A DNA stretch of 32,000 nucleotides, taken from NCBI RefSeq assembly GCF_000011805.1, contig NC_006841.2, one strand, 5' to 3'. The notes under the pieces were generated by a model that did no database searches, was not told where the DNA came from, and saw nothing but the letters and a program-made list of their open reading frames with translations. Made by a program: the position numbers and the translations under genes. Shown in pieces: positions 9,839-18,686 of this stretch; within the stretch, counting starts at the first letter, position 1, and each line of letters starts with the position of its first letter. The DNA comes from Aliivibrio fischeri ES114. GTDB taxonomy: Bacteria; Pseudomonadota; Gammaproteobacteria; Enterobacterales; Vibrionaceae.

Positions 9839-10297
9839 ATGAACAAACTAAGCTTAATTAAAATAAATATTTTTATTGCCACTATAATGCTACTTCTGAT
9901 TTCTATTTCTTTTGTTAACGGCACAGGTTGCAATTACAAGATGAATCTTATTGATAGTAAGAATCCGAACTTTCAGATAAAAATGACCTGTTTTAAAGGG
10001 AACTACGTCGCTTTACAAACCTTAAAATATGGCGATAGCACTTCAAAATGGAAAATTACAGCACGGCAATTTAACTTGTTTAATCAAGTCATTTTATACA
10101 TAAACAAAAGAAGCCCGTTGGTTAAGCCTACCTATAACAACAAATTAGACGACTACAACCAGTTAGTTTTTGATCAACGCTTACTATTTTATGCTTACAA
10201 AATAGACAAAAAGAAAAATATTATTACAGTATACGAAGATTTTCCCGAGAGGCGGGCTATTACAACAGAATTCACAGGAAAAATTAGTCAATGGTAA
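9839..10297 (+). CDS. Small bitopic membrane protein with a periplasmic domain, a putative ToxS/TcpH-like partner of the upstream regulator
   Basis: Starts 3 nt after the regulator stop. Has an N-terminal TM helix (INIFIATIMLLLISISFVNG), then about 125 aa predicted periplasmic with two Cys. The partner role is inferred from position only. Confidence 0.55.
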   Translation: MNKLSLIKINIFIATIMLLLISISFVNGTGCNYKMNLIDSKNPNFQIKMTCFKGNYVALQTLKYGDSTSKWKITARQFNLFNQVILYINKRSPLVKPTYNNKLDDYNQLVFDQRLLFYAYKIDKKKNIITVYEDFPERRAITTEFTGKISQW

Positions 10298-10344
10298 TAA
10301 AATAACTGCCATGACATTACGTACGAAAGAGCTTATATGGTAAC

Positions 10345-10365
10345 ATGATGTAAATTTTACATCAC
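10345..10365. promoter_or_regulatory. Palindromic operator candidate (ATGATGT-N7-ACATCAC) upstream of norR
   Basis: The core gatgtaaa-t-tttacatc is a perfect 17-bp palindrome and contains the GT-N7-AC core described for NorR sites. The same motif recurs upstream of hcp. Confidence 0.45.
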
Positions 10366-10384
10366 ATTAGGTTATATCAGTCTT

Positions 10385-11920
10385 ATGAAACCTTCTATGG
10401 AAAAAGTATTACTTCAAATAGCTTTGGATCTTAGCTCTAACTTGTCCAGCGATTTACATTATCAACGTCTGATTAATTCGATTCATCAGGTATTTCCATG
10501 TGATGCTAGTGCCCTTTTTATTCTAGATAATGATCACTGCCTTAAGCCAGTCGCTGTTAAGGGGCTTTCTCAAGCAGTATTAGGACGTTGTTTTCCACCA
10601 CAAGTCCATCCTAGGTTAGAGGCTATTTTACAAAGCAAACATCCTGTTAGATTTGAATCAAATTCAGACCTACCTGATCCGTTCGATGGACTATTACTCG
10701 TAGATGAAAATATCAATATAGAAGTTCACGACTGTTTAGGCTGCAGTTTATATGTAGATGATACGCTCGTTGGTGTACTCACATTAGATGCTTTAGAAGT
10801 GGGCGCTTTTAAAAAGATAGATGACATTACAATTGAAACCTTTGCAGCCCTCGCTGCTGCGACTTTACATAACAAAGCTCTGATCAAAACACTTCAAGAC
10901 AGTAATCAGCAACAAAAGTCCATCAACCAAACCTTAATTCAACAGGCTAGAATTCAAAAAGGCGAATTAATTGGTATTAGTCCTCAAATTACTCGCCTTA
11001 AATCAAACATAAGTACTGTTGCCCATTCAGATTATGCTGTTTTGATCAGTGGTGAAACAGGATCTGGCAAAGAGTTAGTCGCTCACTCTGTGCACGCACA
11101 ATCACAACGAAATGAACTTCCAATGATTTATGTTAACTGTGCAGCACTGCCCGAATCATTAGCGGAGAGTGAGCTATTTGGACATGTCAAAGGCGCATTT
11201 ACTGGTGCGAATAACCATCGAGCAGGTAAGTTTGAATTAGCCGATAAAGGGACTCTTTTTCTTGATGAGATCGGAGAGCTTCCTCTGTTAATTCAAGCTA
11301 AATTATTACGCGTTATTCAACAAGGTGAGGTTCAACGTGTAGGCTCAGATAAAAACGTGATGGTGAATGTCCGTATTATTGCTGCAACCAATCGTAACCT
11401 AGAAAAAGAAGTGGAAGAAGGTCGTTTTCGTGCCGATCTTTTTCACAGACTTAACGTATTTCCAATCCATGTTCCACCACTTCGTGAACGTGAAGGCGAT
11501 ATTTCTGTTTTATCCGGTTATCTACTCGATAAAGTTAGAACACAGTTCAACGTACCAAATTTACATATCCACCCAAAAACACTCACTCATTTAGAATCGA
11601 GCCCTTGGCTTGGTAATGTTCGTGAACTTGAACATACACTAATGCGCGCAGGATTAAGAGCCATTCAAGAAAATGCAAACAGTATTACATTAGCTCACTT
11701 TCTTGGCGATATAGAAAATACGGAAGATGTAAAAAACACATCGCACTTATTACCAAATAAAAGTCAACCTATGAGAGAGTTAGTAGAAAGCTATCAAAAA
11801 CAATTAATTGAACATGCATTATCCGAATCTAATGGAATTTGGGCAAAAGCAGCTGAATTTTTGCAAATGGATCGTGGAAATCTCTATCGTATGGGAAAAA
11901 AATTAGGCATTTCAAATTGA
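10385..11920 (+). CDS. norR: Sigma-54-dependent NO-responsive transcriptional activator NorR (GAF, AAA+, Fis-type HTH)
   Basis: The N-terminal GAF region aligns by eye with E. coli NorR (CDASAL, GHPRLEAI, VRF..S.LPDP.DGL). Also Walker A GETGSGKE, the GAFTGA motif, ESELFGH, and a C-terminal HTH. The start could be 10385 or 10397. Confidence 0.9.
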   Translation: MKPSMEKVLLQIALDLSSNLSSDLHYQRLINSIHQVFPCDASALFILDNDHCLKPVAVKGLSQAVLGRCFPPQVHPRLEAILQSKHPVRFESNSDLPDPFDGLLLVDENINIEVHDCLGCSLYVDDTLVGVLTLDALEVGAFKKIDDITIETFAALAAATLHNKALIKTLQDSNQQQKSINQTLIQQARIQKGELIGISPQITRLKSNISTVAHSDYAVLISGETGSGKELVAHSVHAQSQRNELPMIYVNCAALPESLAESELFGHVKGAFTGANNHRAGKFELADKGTLFLDEIGELPLLIQAKLLRVIQQGEVQRVGSDKNVMVNVRIIAATNRNLEKEVEEGRFRADLFHRLNVFPIHVPPLREREGDISVLSGYLLDKVRTQFNVPNLHIHPKTLTHLESSPWLGNVRELEHTLMRAGLRAIQENANSITLAHFLGDIENTEDVKNTSHLLPNKSQPMRELVESYQKQLIEHALSESNGIWAKAAEFLQMDRGNLYRMGKKLGISN

Positions 11921-11934
11921 TACAAACAAACCAA

Positions 11935-11979
11935 ATGATGTATTTATAACATCATGCGCCGTAGTCATTAATACATCAA
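11935..11979. promoter_or_regulatory. Two candidate NorR upstream activator sites (GT-N7-AC)
   Basis: Site 1 is atgatGT-atttata-ACatcat (11935-11955). Site 2 is aGT-cattaat-ACatca (about 11963-11978). Both lie about 50-90 bp upstream of the sigma-54 promoter. Confidence 0.45.
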
Positions 11980-12027
11980 TAAGCAAAAAATGAAACAATA
12001 AAGACATATAAATCAATAACTTAAAAA

Positions 12028-12043
12028 TGGCACGCACTGTGCA
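12028..12043 (+). promoter_or_regulatory. Sigma-54 (-24/-12) promoter for hcp-hcr
   Basis: TGGCAC-gcact-GTGCA matches the consensus TGGCAC-N5-TTGCA with correct GG/GC spacing. It lies about 120 nt upstream of the hcp ATG and downstream of a sigma-54 activator gene. Confidence 0.6.
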
Positions 12044-12160
12044 ATAGATGGTTCATCAATGTCGATTCAAATCTCGACTGGTTCAACAATCTATTGCACA
12101 ATAGAACGCATTGAACTGGCATGATTTGAACAATATGTATTAATGACTGGAGTTCTAACT

Positions 12161-13822
12161 ATGTTCTGTATCCAATGTGAGCAAACGATCCAAACACCAA
12201 CAACAAAAGGCTGTTCTTTTGCACAAGGTATGTGTGGTAAAACCGCTGAAGTTTCTGACTTACAAGATATTTTAGTTTACGCATTACAAGGAGTTTCTTT
12301 TTGGGCTGAGCAAGGTCGTAAAGTAAACGTCATTCTTGATGAAATCGATCAGTGGGCACCAAAAGCTTTCTTTGCCACGCTGACCAATGTTAATTTCGAT
12401 CCTGAACGTGTTATTGAGTTTGCACTACAAGCACAAGATTACAAACAACAATTAGAAGAAACGGTACGTGCGGCAGCAACAGTTACTAACACTGAATTAG
12501 ATGAATTATCTCCAGCTGCAAAATTCGAACTACCAACAGAAGCTGATCAAATCATTGCCTTAGCCCCACAAGCAGCCGTAAACCGTGGTCATGAAACACA
12601 ACATGAAGACGTTATTGGCTTACGTTTGCTTTGCTTATATGGTCTAAAAGGTGCTGCAGCTTACATGGAGCATGCTCATGTACTTGGGCAAACAGACAAA
12701 GACGTTTTCACTGAATATCACCAAATCATGGCATGGTTAGGCACTGATCCTACAGATCTCGGTGAATTACTAGATTGCTCAATGAAAATTGGCCTAATGA
12801 ATTACCGTATCATGGAAATGCTAGATACTGGTGAAACAAATACGTTTGGTCACCCAGAACCATCACAAGTAAACGTTAAAACTATCAAAGGTAAATGTAT
12901 TCTGGTTTCAGGTCACGATTTACATGACTTAGAAAAGATCCTTCAACAAACAGAAGGTAAAGGTATCAATGTTTACACTAACGGTGAAATGCTGCCTGCT
13001 CACTCTTACCCTGAACTAAAAAAATACCCTCACCTTGTAGGTAACTACGGCAGCGCATGGCAGAACCAGCAAAAAGAGTTTGCTAACTTCCCTGGTGCAA
13101 TCGTAATGACGTCAAACTGCTTATTAAACCCAAATGTAGGTCAATATGCAGACCGCCTGTTTACTCGTAGTATTGTTGGTTGGCCGGGTGTGGCTCATAT
13201 TGAAGGGGATGATTTCACAGCCGTTATTGATTGTGCACTAGCGCAAGAAGGTTTCAAGCACAACGAAATCGAACAAATGATCACAGTTGGATTTGGTCGT
13301 AACGCACTAATGGCTGCAGCTCCTGCAGTTGTTGAGCAAGTAAAAGAAGGCAACATTAGCCACTTCTTCCTTGTTGGTGGTTGTGATGGTGATAAATCTG
13401 AACGCAGCTACTACACAGACTTTACTGCTCAAGCTCCTGAAGACTCCGTGATTCTGACATTAGCTTGCGGTAAATACCGCTTCAACAAAAACCAATTTGG
13501 CGATATTAATGGTATCCCGCGTTTATTGGATGTTGGTCAATGTAATGATGCATATTCAGCTATTCAACTCGCACTTGCACTAGCTAAAGAGTTTGATTGT
13601 GGCATTAACGAACTTCCATTAACGCTAGTACTTTCTTGGTTTGAACAAAAAGCAATTGTTATCCTACTGACTCTATTTGCTCTTGGTGTTAAAGGCATTT
13701 ACACAGGCCCAACAGCACCTGCGTTCTTAACGGATAACCTACTTGCTATCATTCAAGAGAAGTTTGATATGCGCAGTATCGGTAATGTAGAAGACGATCT
13801 AAAAGCCATTTTAGCCGCGTAA
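12161..13822 (+). CDS. hcp: Hybrid-cluster protein / hydroxylamine (NO) reductase Hcp
   Basis: Starts MFCIQCEQT, the canonical N-terminal Cys cluster seen in E. coli Hcp. 553 aa. A GGAG-like RBS (ctggag) lies 8 nt upstream of ATG 12161. Confidence 0.95.
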   Translation: MFCIQCEQTIQTPTTKGCSFAQGMCGKTAEVSDLQDILVYALQGVSFWAEQGRKVNVILDEIDQWAPKAFFATLTNVNFDPERVIEFALQAQDYKQQLEETVRAAATVTNTELDELSPAAKFELPTEADQIIALAPQAAVNRGHETQHEDVIGLRLLCLYGLKGAAAYMEHAHVLGQTDKDVFTEYHQIMAWLGTDPTDLGELLDCSMKIGLMNYRIMEMLDTGETNTFGHPEPSQVNVKTIKGKCILVSGHDLHDLEKILQQTEGKGINVYTNGEMLPAHSYPELKKYPHLVGNYGSAWQNQQKEFANFPGAIVMTSNCLLNPNVGQYADRLFTRSIVGWPGVAHIEGDDFTAVIDCALAQEGFKHNEIEQMITVGFGRNALMAAAPAVVEQVKEGNISHFFLVGGCDGDKSERSYYTDFTAQAPEDSVILTLACGKYRFNKNQFGDINGIPRLLDVGQCNDAYSAIQLALALAKEFDCGINELPLTLVLSWFEQKAIVILLTLFALGVKGIYTGPTAPAFLTDNLLAIIQEKFDMRSIGNVEDDLKAILAA

Positions 13823-13847
13823 TCAAATCAAATAAATCCATCAAGTT

Positions 13848-13873
13848 ATGCCTCAGTTATCTGGGGCATTTTT
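13848..13873 (+). terminator. Intercistronic hairpin / possible partial terminator between hcp and hcr
   Basis: augccucag / uuau / cuggggcau (9-bp stem with one G-U pair) followed by UUUU, 26 nt after the hcp stop. Confidence 0.4.
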
Positions 13874-13916
13874 CGCTAGCGTGTATTCAACACAATCTGA
13901 CCAATAGAGAATAAAC

Positions 13917-14948
13917 ATGACACAATTTATTTGGCCAACCACTCCAGTTCAACTTCGTTGTGATAAAAAATGGCAAGAAACAGATGATACGATTAGCCTA
14001 CAATTAATCAGTGAACACAAAGAAACCTTTGATTTTAAACCGGGTCAGTTTGTTAGTATCGGTATTGAAATTGAAGGAAAAATGGAATACCGTGCCTACT
14101 CTATCAGCTCAGTTCCAAATCAAGATTTTCTACAACTAACCATTAAACGCGTTGAAGGTGGTAAGGTATCAAACTACCTAATTGACCAGTTGAATGAAGG
14201 TGATGAGGTTGCTGTCTTAGCACCAACAGGCCCTTTCAACTCTATTGATTGTAAACCAAGAAAAAAAGTGGCGTTACTAAGCGCTGGCTGTGGCATCACT
14301 CCTGTCATGTCGATGGCGAAATCGTGGATAGCTCAAAATAAAGATATCGATATTACTTTTATTCACATGGAAAAATCTCCAGAACACACCATTTACTTTG
14401 ATGAACTTCAGTATCTAAATAAGCAACATGCTAATTTCAATCTCAAATTATTATTAAAAAACCCACAATTTACTGATTACCCACAAGGTCGATTAGATCA
14501 AGAGTGGTTAGTAACATTATGTCCAGACTTAGTCGAAAGAACCGTATTTCTATGCGGCCCAACAAATTTCATGCAGGACATGAAAAAATATGTTGAAGCA
14601 ATAGGCTTAGACATGGCTCACTTCTTTCAAGAAAGCTTTACCCCTATTGAGCCTGAAATCATGGAAACAGTTGAAAACTCAGGCGTTGTCCAATTTGATG
14701 TACCTGCTTTTGGTGTATCCAAAGAAATAGATAAAGGCGCGACTCTTGCTGATGTATTAGAAGAGAGTGGTGTTCCGATCATCATAGCCTGTCGTAGTGG
14801 TATGTGCGGATCGTGTAAGTGTAAAGTAACCAAAGGCGACGTTTCTCGCACCAGTACAGAAACACTGAGTGAAGAAGATATTGCGCAAGGTTATACGTTA
14901 GCGTGTTCAAGCCAAGTTCAAAGTGATGTTGAAGTGAGTTTAGTTTAA
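13917..14948 (+). CDS. hcr: NADH oxidoreductase Hcr (FNR-like flavin/NAD domains plus a C-terminal plant-type 2Fe-2S ferredoxin domain)
   Basis: RAYSISS flavin-binding motif, GCGITP NAD(P)-binding motif, and C-terminal CRSGMCGSCKC ... LACS ferredoxin cysteines. Lies immediately downstream of hcp. Confidence 0.9.
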   Translation: MTQFIWPTTPVQLRCDKKWQETDDTISLQLISEHKETFDFKPGQFVSIGIEIEGKMEYRAYSISSVPNQDFLQLTIKRVEGGKVSNYLIDQLNEGDEVAVLAPTGPFNSIDCKPRKKVALLSAGCGITPVMSMAKSWIAQNKDIDITFIHMEKSPEHTIYFDELQYLNKQHANFNLKLLLKNPQFTDYPQGRLDQEWLVTLCPDLVERTVFLCGPTNFMQDMKKYVEAIGLDMAHFFQESFTPIEPEIMETVENSGVVQFDVPAFGVSKEIDKGATLADVLEESGVPIIIACRSGMCGSCKCKVTKGDVSRTSTETLSEEDIAQGYTLACSSQVQSDVEVSLV

Positions 14949-14971
14949 TCTCATTTTATTCATTCCAAAAA

Positions 14972-15026
14972 ACCGATGACTCTTTTTATACTAATAATAG
15001 CAAGTAAGTGATCATCGGTCTTTTTA
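14972..15026 (+). terminator. Possible terminator after hcr (long-loop hairpin plus T run)
   Basis: accgatga ... tcatcggt: an 8-bp stem with a 32-nt loop, followed by cttttt. The geometry is poor. Confidence 0.35.
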
Positions 15027-15960
15027 TATCGTACTTATGCAACAAATTGATAAATCAATCAAAGTCACCATACAAAGTTAGTGGATTAACAGGCATGCTA
15101 TTGGTTGCCAACGATCGGTAAAGGTTATATAAAACTTCCGACACATTTAATCACAGCTTATGTAATTTCTTACTGGATAAAAAATTTTAGTTATTCTAAT
15201 ATTCATATTAAAAACAAAATGTATTTTATCAATTTGTTCACCGTAAATCATTAAAGAGTTAATTTTAAAAATCATGCACCTCTTAATTAAACCATAAGTC
15301 AAAAACCGAGCTTACTTAACTCGGCGCTTTTTATAAAAAAAAACGCACTTTATATCGAGAAATAACCATTTTATTTATATATATTAAACATCAATAAATT
15401 ATTTATGCTAACCATTGCCAATTTTTAATATATGATGATTGATATTTTAAATGAATACCTGCAAGCAACGCTATGTATAACTAGCTTCCTAATATCAGCT
15501 ATATTATTGTTAGTAGCTTACTATTTTGATAAAAATAGTGACTAAATTAATAGACTAGATAAGGCTAATTACGCTTGTTATAAAATGAGTTCTAATTTAA
15601 AATTCTTTTTAACAAATGGTACAATTATAATTAAAGTGTTATGCCTCATTAATGATCTAATGTTTATCGATTGTTTTCACAACAAAGCACATAAGAAATT
15701 ACGATGAGCCACATTTATTTGTTACTATTCATAGCAACTTTGTTTTCCTTTGATACAACGCATAAAAGATAGAGCAAATAAAATTTCTAACTTAGAGTAT
15801 ATTATAATATACACACCTCAATCAGTCACATCTTAACTGAAGTAAGATAGTAAAGATATCCTTCGACCAACGGGACTCTACCTCCTTTCTTCCACACTCA
15901 CACAACTAAAGGAAGCGAGGTTACAATATAGATTTGTTCATCCAGAGTTAACGCAAATAA

Positions 15961-16272
15961 ACATAACTCACTTCGTTCAAGAAGGTTTACAGCTAGAAAT
16001 CACAGGAAAGTAAGAAACCAGTTGTTATCAAATTTGATGTACCCGCTTTTGGTGTATCCAAAGAAATAGATAAAAATGCAACTCTTGCTCATGTATTAGA
16101 ATAAAGTGAAGTTCCGATTATCATCGTCTATAACAGTGGTGTGTGAAGTATACAGCGTAAAGTAACCAAAGACGACATTTCTCGCATGAATACAAAAGAA
16201 CATATTGATTAACGTTATATGTTAGCGTATTCAAGCCAAAATCAAAGTGATGTTGAAGTAAGTTTAACTTAA
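15961..16272 (+). pseudogene. Decayed duplicate of the hcr 3-prime end (ferredoxin-domain relic)
   Basis: Alignable by eye base-for-base with hcr 14611-14948, for example ttgatgtacc[c/t]gcttttggtgtatccaaagaaatagataaa and caaagtgatgttgaagt[a/g]agttta. It contains in-frame stops (gaa taa agt), indels, and loss of the Cys codons. The similarity ends exactly at the stop codon. Confidence 0.8.
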
Positions 16273-16310
16273 CTAAATGTAAGCTTAAGATATATTTTGA
16301 CAAAATGATA

Positions 16311-16338
16311 TTAATGGCCAATTTTATTTGGCCATTAA
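16311..16338 (-). terminator. Candidate terminator of the pilus/chemoreceptor operon
   Basis: ttaatggcca / 8-nt loop / tggccattaa: a 10-bp perfect stem 40 nt downstream of the MCP stop. On the minus strand it is followed by tatcatttt. Confidence 0.5.
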
Positions 16339-16377
16339 TTGAACATACTTCATAGTTATTTTAAATAGAAATAAATT

Positions 16378-18273
16378 TTAAATTTTAAATCGCTTTATTT
16401 CTTTTTCTAACATATAAGCTAGTTCGAATACTTCCTTAGAATATTCTTCTGATTTTTGAGAATCATTTACTAACGTATTACATATATCTCTGATACCTAA
16501 TGTATTTCGATTTAACTCCGTAGTAACAGATGCTTGCTCTTCCGCTGCAGTAGATATTTGATATGCCATATCATTGATATTTTCTACTGAGCTATGAATG
16601 TTAGAAAAACCAGATAAATCTCTTTCAACTTGCTTTACACTTTCACTAGAAGTGCTATACGCCCTCCCCATAATAGAAACGACGTCAAAGATAGCAAGCT
16701 GAAGAGACTCTATCATTTGTTTAATTTCTTGAGTTGAAGACTGCGTTTTTTGGCTAAGAATTCTAACCTCATCCGCAACAACAGCAAATCCTCGACCATG
16801 CATTCCAGCTCTCGCAGCTTCAATAGCTGCATTTAAAGCAAGTAAATTAGTTTGTTCTGCAATATTATGAATAGTGAAGACAATAGTATTTATACTATTG
16901 CTTTGATCTTGCAACTTATTAATTTGATGATTCGCTTCATGAATATCTTGAGTCATTTCTGAAATCCGATTCATTGAGGACGCAATTGATTGAGAGCTCT
17001 CACTTGACATAATAACAGTGTCTTTAGATGTCTGAGCTGATAATTCAGCATTATTTGAAATCTCAATTGTTGCTGCTGACATTTGATGAACTGCCGTTGC
17101 CATCATATTAAGTTCATCAAGTTGATATCCAAGCTTTATATTATGCTCACCAATGAGTTCTGAAGATTCACGAGCATTAACTAACATTTTATTAATTATT
17201 TGATGAAGATTAGAAACCATTACATGTGTATTCTCAACAAATTTATTAAAACTAGATACAAGTGAACCTACTTCATCATTACTAGTATTTATTATCCTTT
17301 TTGTTAAATCAGCATCTCCACTAGCAATATCGGATAAAGCTAAAGATACTCTCTTTAAATCTGACATTACTATACGAATAAAAGAATAAGTAACCAATAT
17401 AGCCGCGATAGAAATAAACAAAGTCCACAGTAATAACTCTTTCAATAACTGTCTATAAGGTTGTTCTTCCATTTTTTTATCCAACTGAATACCAATATAC
17501 CAATCGGTACCATTAACTCTCTCAAAATAAAGATACTTGTCTTGACCATCAATTTTAATTGGCTTTATATTCTTAACTTTCGAGAGTTCACGTATATCGG
17601 TTAAAGATAATTCAGGGTATGCTTTTGAAACTGGTTTTAAAATCATGTTTGGATTATTATGAGCTAAAAAAGATCCAGTTAGCCCATTAACCAACACCGC
17701 AAAACCTTTATTTCCAACTTTATAAGCATTTACATTACTTATCAATTGGGATACAGGAACATCAACGGCAAATACACCATTCTGATAAAATTTAGACTTT
17801 AAAGGCTCTGCAATAGTAACCATCAACTCGCCTACTTGTTCATCATTATAAGCAGAGGTCACAATCTGACCATCAGCTTTCATTGCCAATTTATACCAAT
17901 CTCTAGTTTTTGGATCATAATCTTGTGGCAATGCATTCACAGAGTTAATGATCATTTCACCTGAATTCAATCCAATATAAGCATCAGAAAAATTAGTTGT
18001 TGAGCGAATCAAATCTAGTTTATTCGATAAATCATCGAGGGATGCTGAATTAGACAGAAATGAATGTGCAATTCTTTTTCTTATTTCGATCCAATCTGAA
18101 AGACCCATTGCAGCAGTTACAGTTATACCATGAGCACGTTCTAGTATTTCATTATGTGTTTGTTTATATAACTTATTGGCAGAGATAGATGTCAATATTG
18201 AAGCAGTTACAACAATTAATAAAACACAAACTGCAGTTATTTTTGTATCTAATTTAAAATCCTTAAAATTCAC
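16378..18273 (-). CDS. Methyl-accepting chemotaxis protein (dCache sensor), last gene of the pilus operon; AcfB/TcpI-like by context
   Basis: TM1, a periplasmic domain of about 260 aa, TM2, HAMP, and [35 protein letters not shown]. The GTG start overlaps the upstream stop (GTGA) and is preceded by AAGGAAAC. Confidence 0.9.
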   Translation of the reverse strand: MNFKDFKLDTKITAVCVLLIVVTASILTSISANKLYKQTHNEILERAHGITVTAAMGLSDWIEIRKRIAHSFLSNSASLDDLSNKLDLIRSTTNFSDAYIGLNSGEMIINSVNALPQDYDPKTRDWYKLAMKADGQIVTSAYNDEQVGELMVTIAEPLKSKFYQNGVFAVDVPVSQLISNVNAYKVGNKGFAVLVNGLTGSFLAHNNPNMILKPVSKAYPELSLTDIRELSKVKNIKPIKIDGQDKYLYFERVNGTDWYIGIQLDKKMEEQPYRQLLKELLLWTLFISIAAILVTYSFIRIVMSDLKRVSLALSDIASGDADLTKRIINTSNDEVGSLVSSFNKFVENTHVMVSNLHQIINKMLVNARESSELIGEHNIKLGYQLDELNMMATAVHQMSAATIEISNNAELSAQTSKDTVIMSSESSQSIASSMNRISEMTQDIHEANHQINKLQDQSNSINTIVFTIHNIAEQTNLLALNAAIEAARAGMHGRGFAVVADEVRILSQKTQSSTQEIKQMIESLQLAIFDVVSIMGRAYSTSSESVKQVERDLSGFSNIHSSVENINDMAYQISTAAEEQASVTTELNRNTLGIRDICNTLVNDSQKSEEYSKEVFELAYMLEKEIKRFKI

Positions 18274-18686
18274 TTGATTGTTTCCTTAAAATAGAACTGT
18301 GAAGTATCTACTTTGATTTCATTATAAAGTTCGCCACTATCACCAGTACATTCAGATATTAATGTCAATATTGATGGCGTATTATTAAATTCAACTAACA
18401 TCCTTAACGTAATATATTGCCTAGTGTCAAAAATTTCCTTAGCAAACACAGGTAACAATTTTTCTTTAAATTTACTTTCGACGAACTGACAAAAAAGTAA
18501 ATTAGCCTCTATCAATGATGAGTCACTGTCTTTTATTAATTCATTAAAACTACTTTTATTACAAAAAATAGTTTTATAACTATCATTACTATATAAAATA
18601 ACATCATCATTTAATGAACGTATAAAAGCAAATCCAACAAAATTATCAACAAATGTTTCAACCAGCATAAAAATTACCAACACCAT
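18270..18686 (-). CDS. Small cytoplasmic protein (132-138 aa), possibly PAS-like
   Basis: No signal peptide or TM helix. [30 protein letters not shown] resembles the N-terminal strands of a PAS fold (weak, by eye). The stop overlaps the MCP start. The start could be 18686 or 18668. Confidence 0.55.
   Translation of the reverse strand: MVLVIFMLVETFVDNFVGFAFIRSLNDDVILYSNDSYKTIFCNKSSFNELIKDSDSSLIEANLLFCQFVESKFKEKLLPVFAKEIFDTRQYITLRMLVEFNNTPSILTLISECTGDSGELYNEIKVDTSQFYFKETIK

Noticed and set aside
11935-11955. Reading the ATGATGTATTT...ACATCAT palindromes (also at 10345-10365) as NsrR boxes
   Set aside because: The half-site resembles the NsrR half-site AAGATGyATTT as I recall it, but the GATG...CATC spacing here is 9 nt rather than the 11 nt of the 11-1-11 NsrR repeat. 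The adjacent NorR gene and sigma-54 promoter make NorR the better fit. This is not fully excluded.
12143-12160. 6-codon N-terminal extension of hcp (MTGVLT)
   Set aside because: Hcp proteins begin MFC.QCEQT, and ATG 12161 has a GGAG-like RBS at the proper distance.
15047-15058. TTGATAAATCAA perfect palindrome as an FNR/CRP-type box
   Set aside because: FNR boxes are TTGAT-N4-ATCAA; this one has a 2-nt spacer. It lies downstream of hcr with no gene to regulate.
16121-16321. 66-aa ORF on the minus strand
   Set aside because: It lies antisense across the decayed hcr 3-prime relic and the operon terminator. It is best explained as a chance ORF in degenerate AT-rich DNA.
14611-17310. Simple tandem duplication as the origin of the hcr relic
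   Set aside because: A tandem duplication would require the sequence after 16272 to resemble that after 14948. It does not, and the MCP gene follows immediately.
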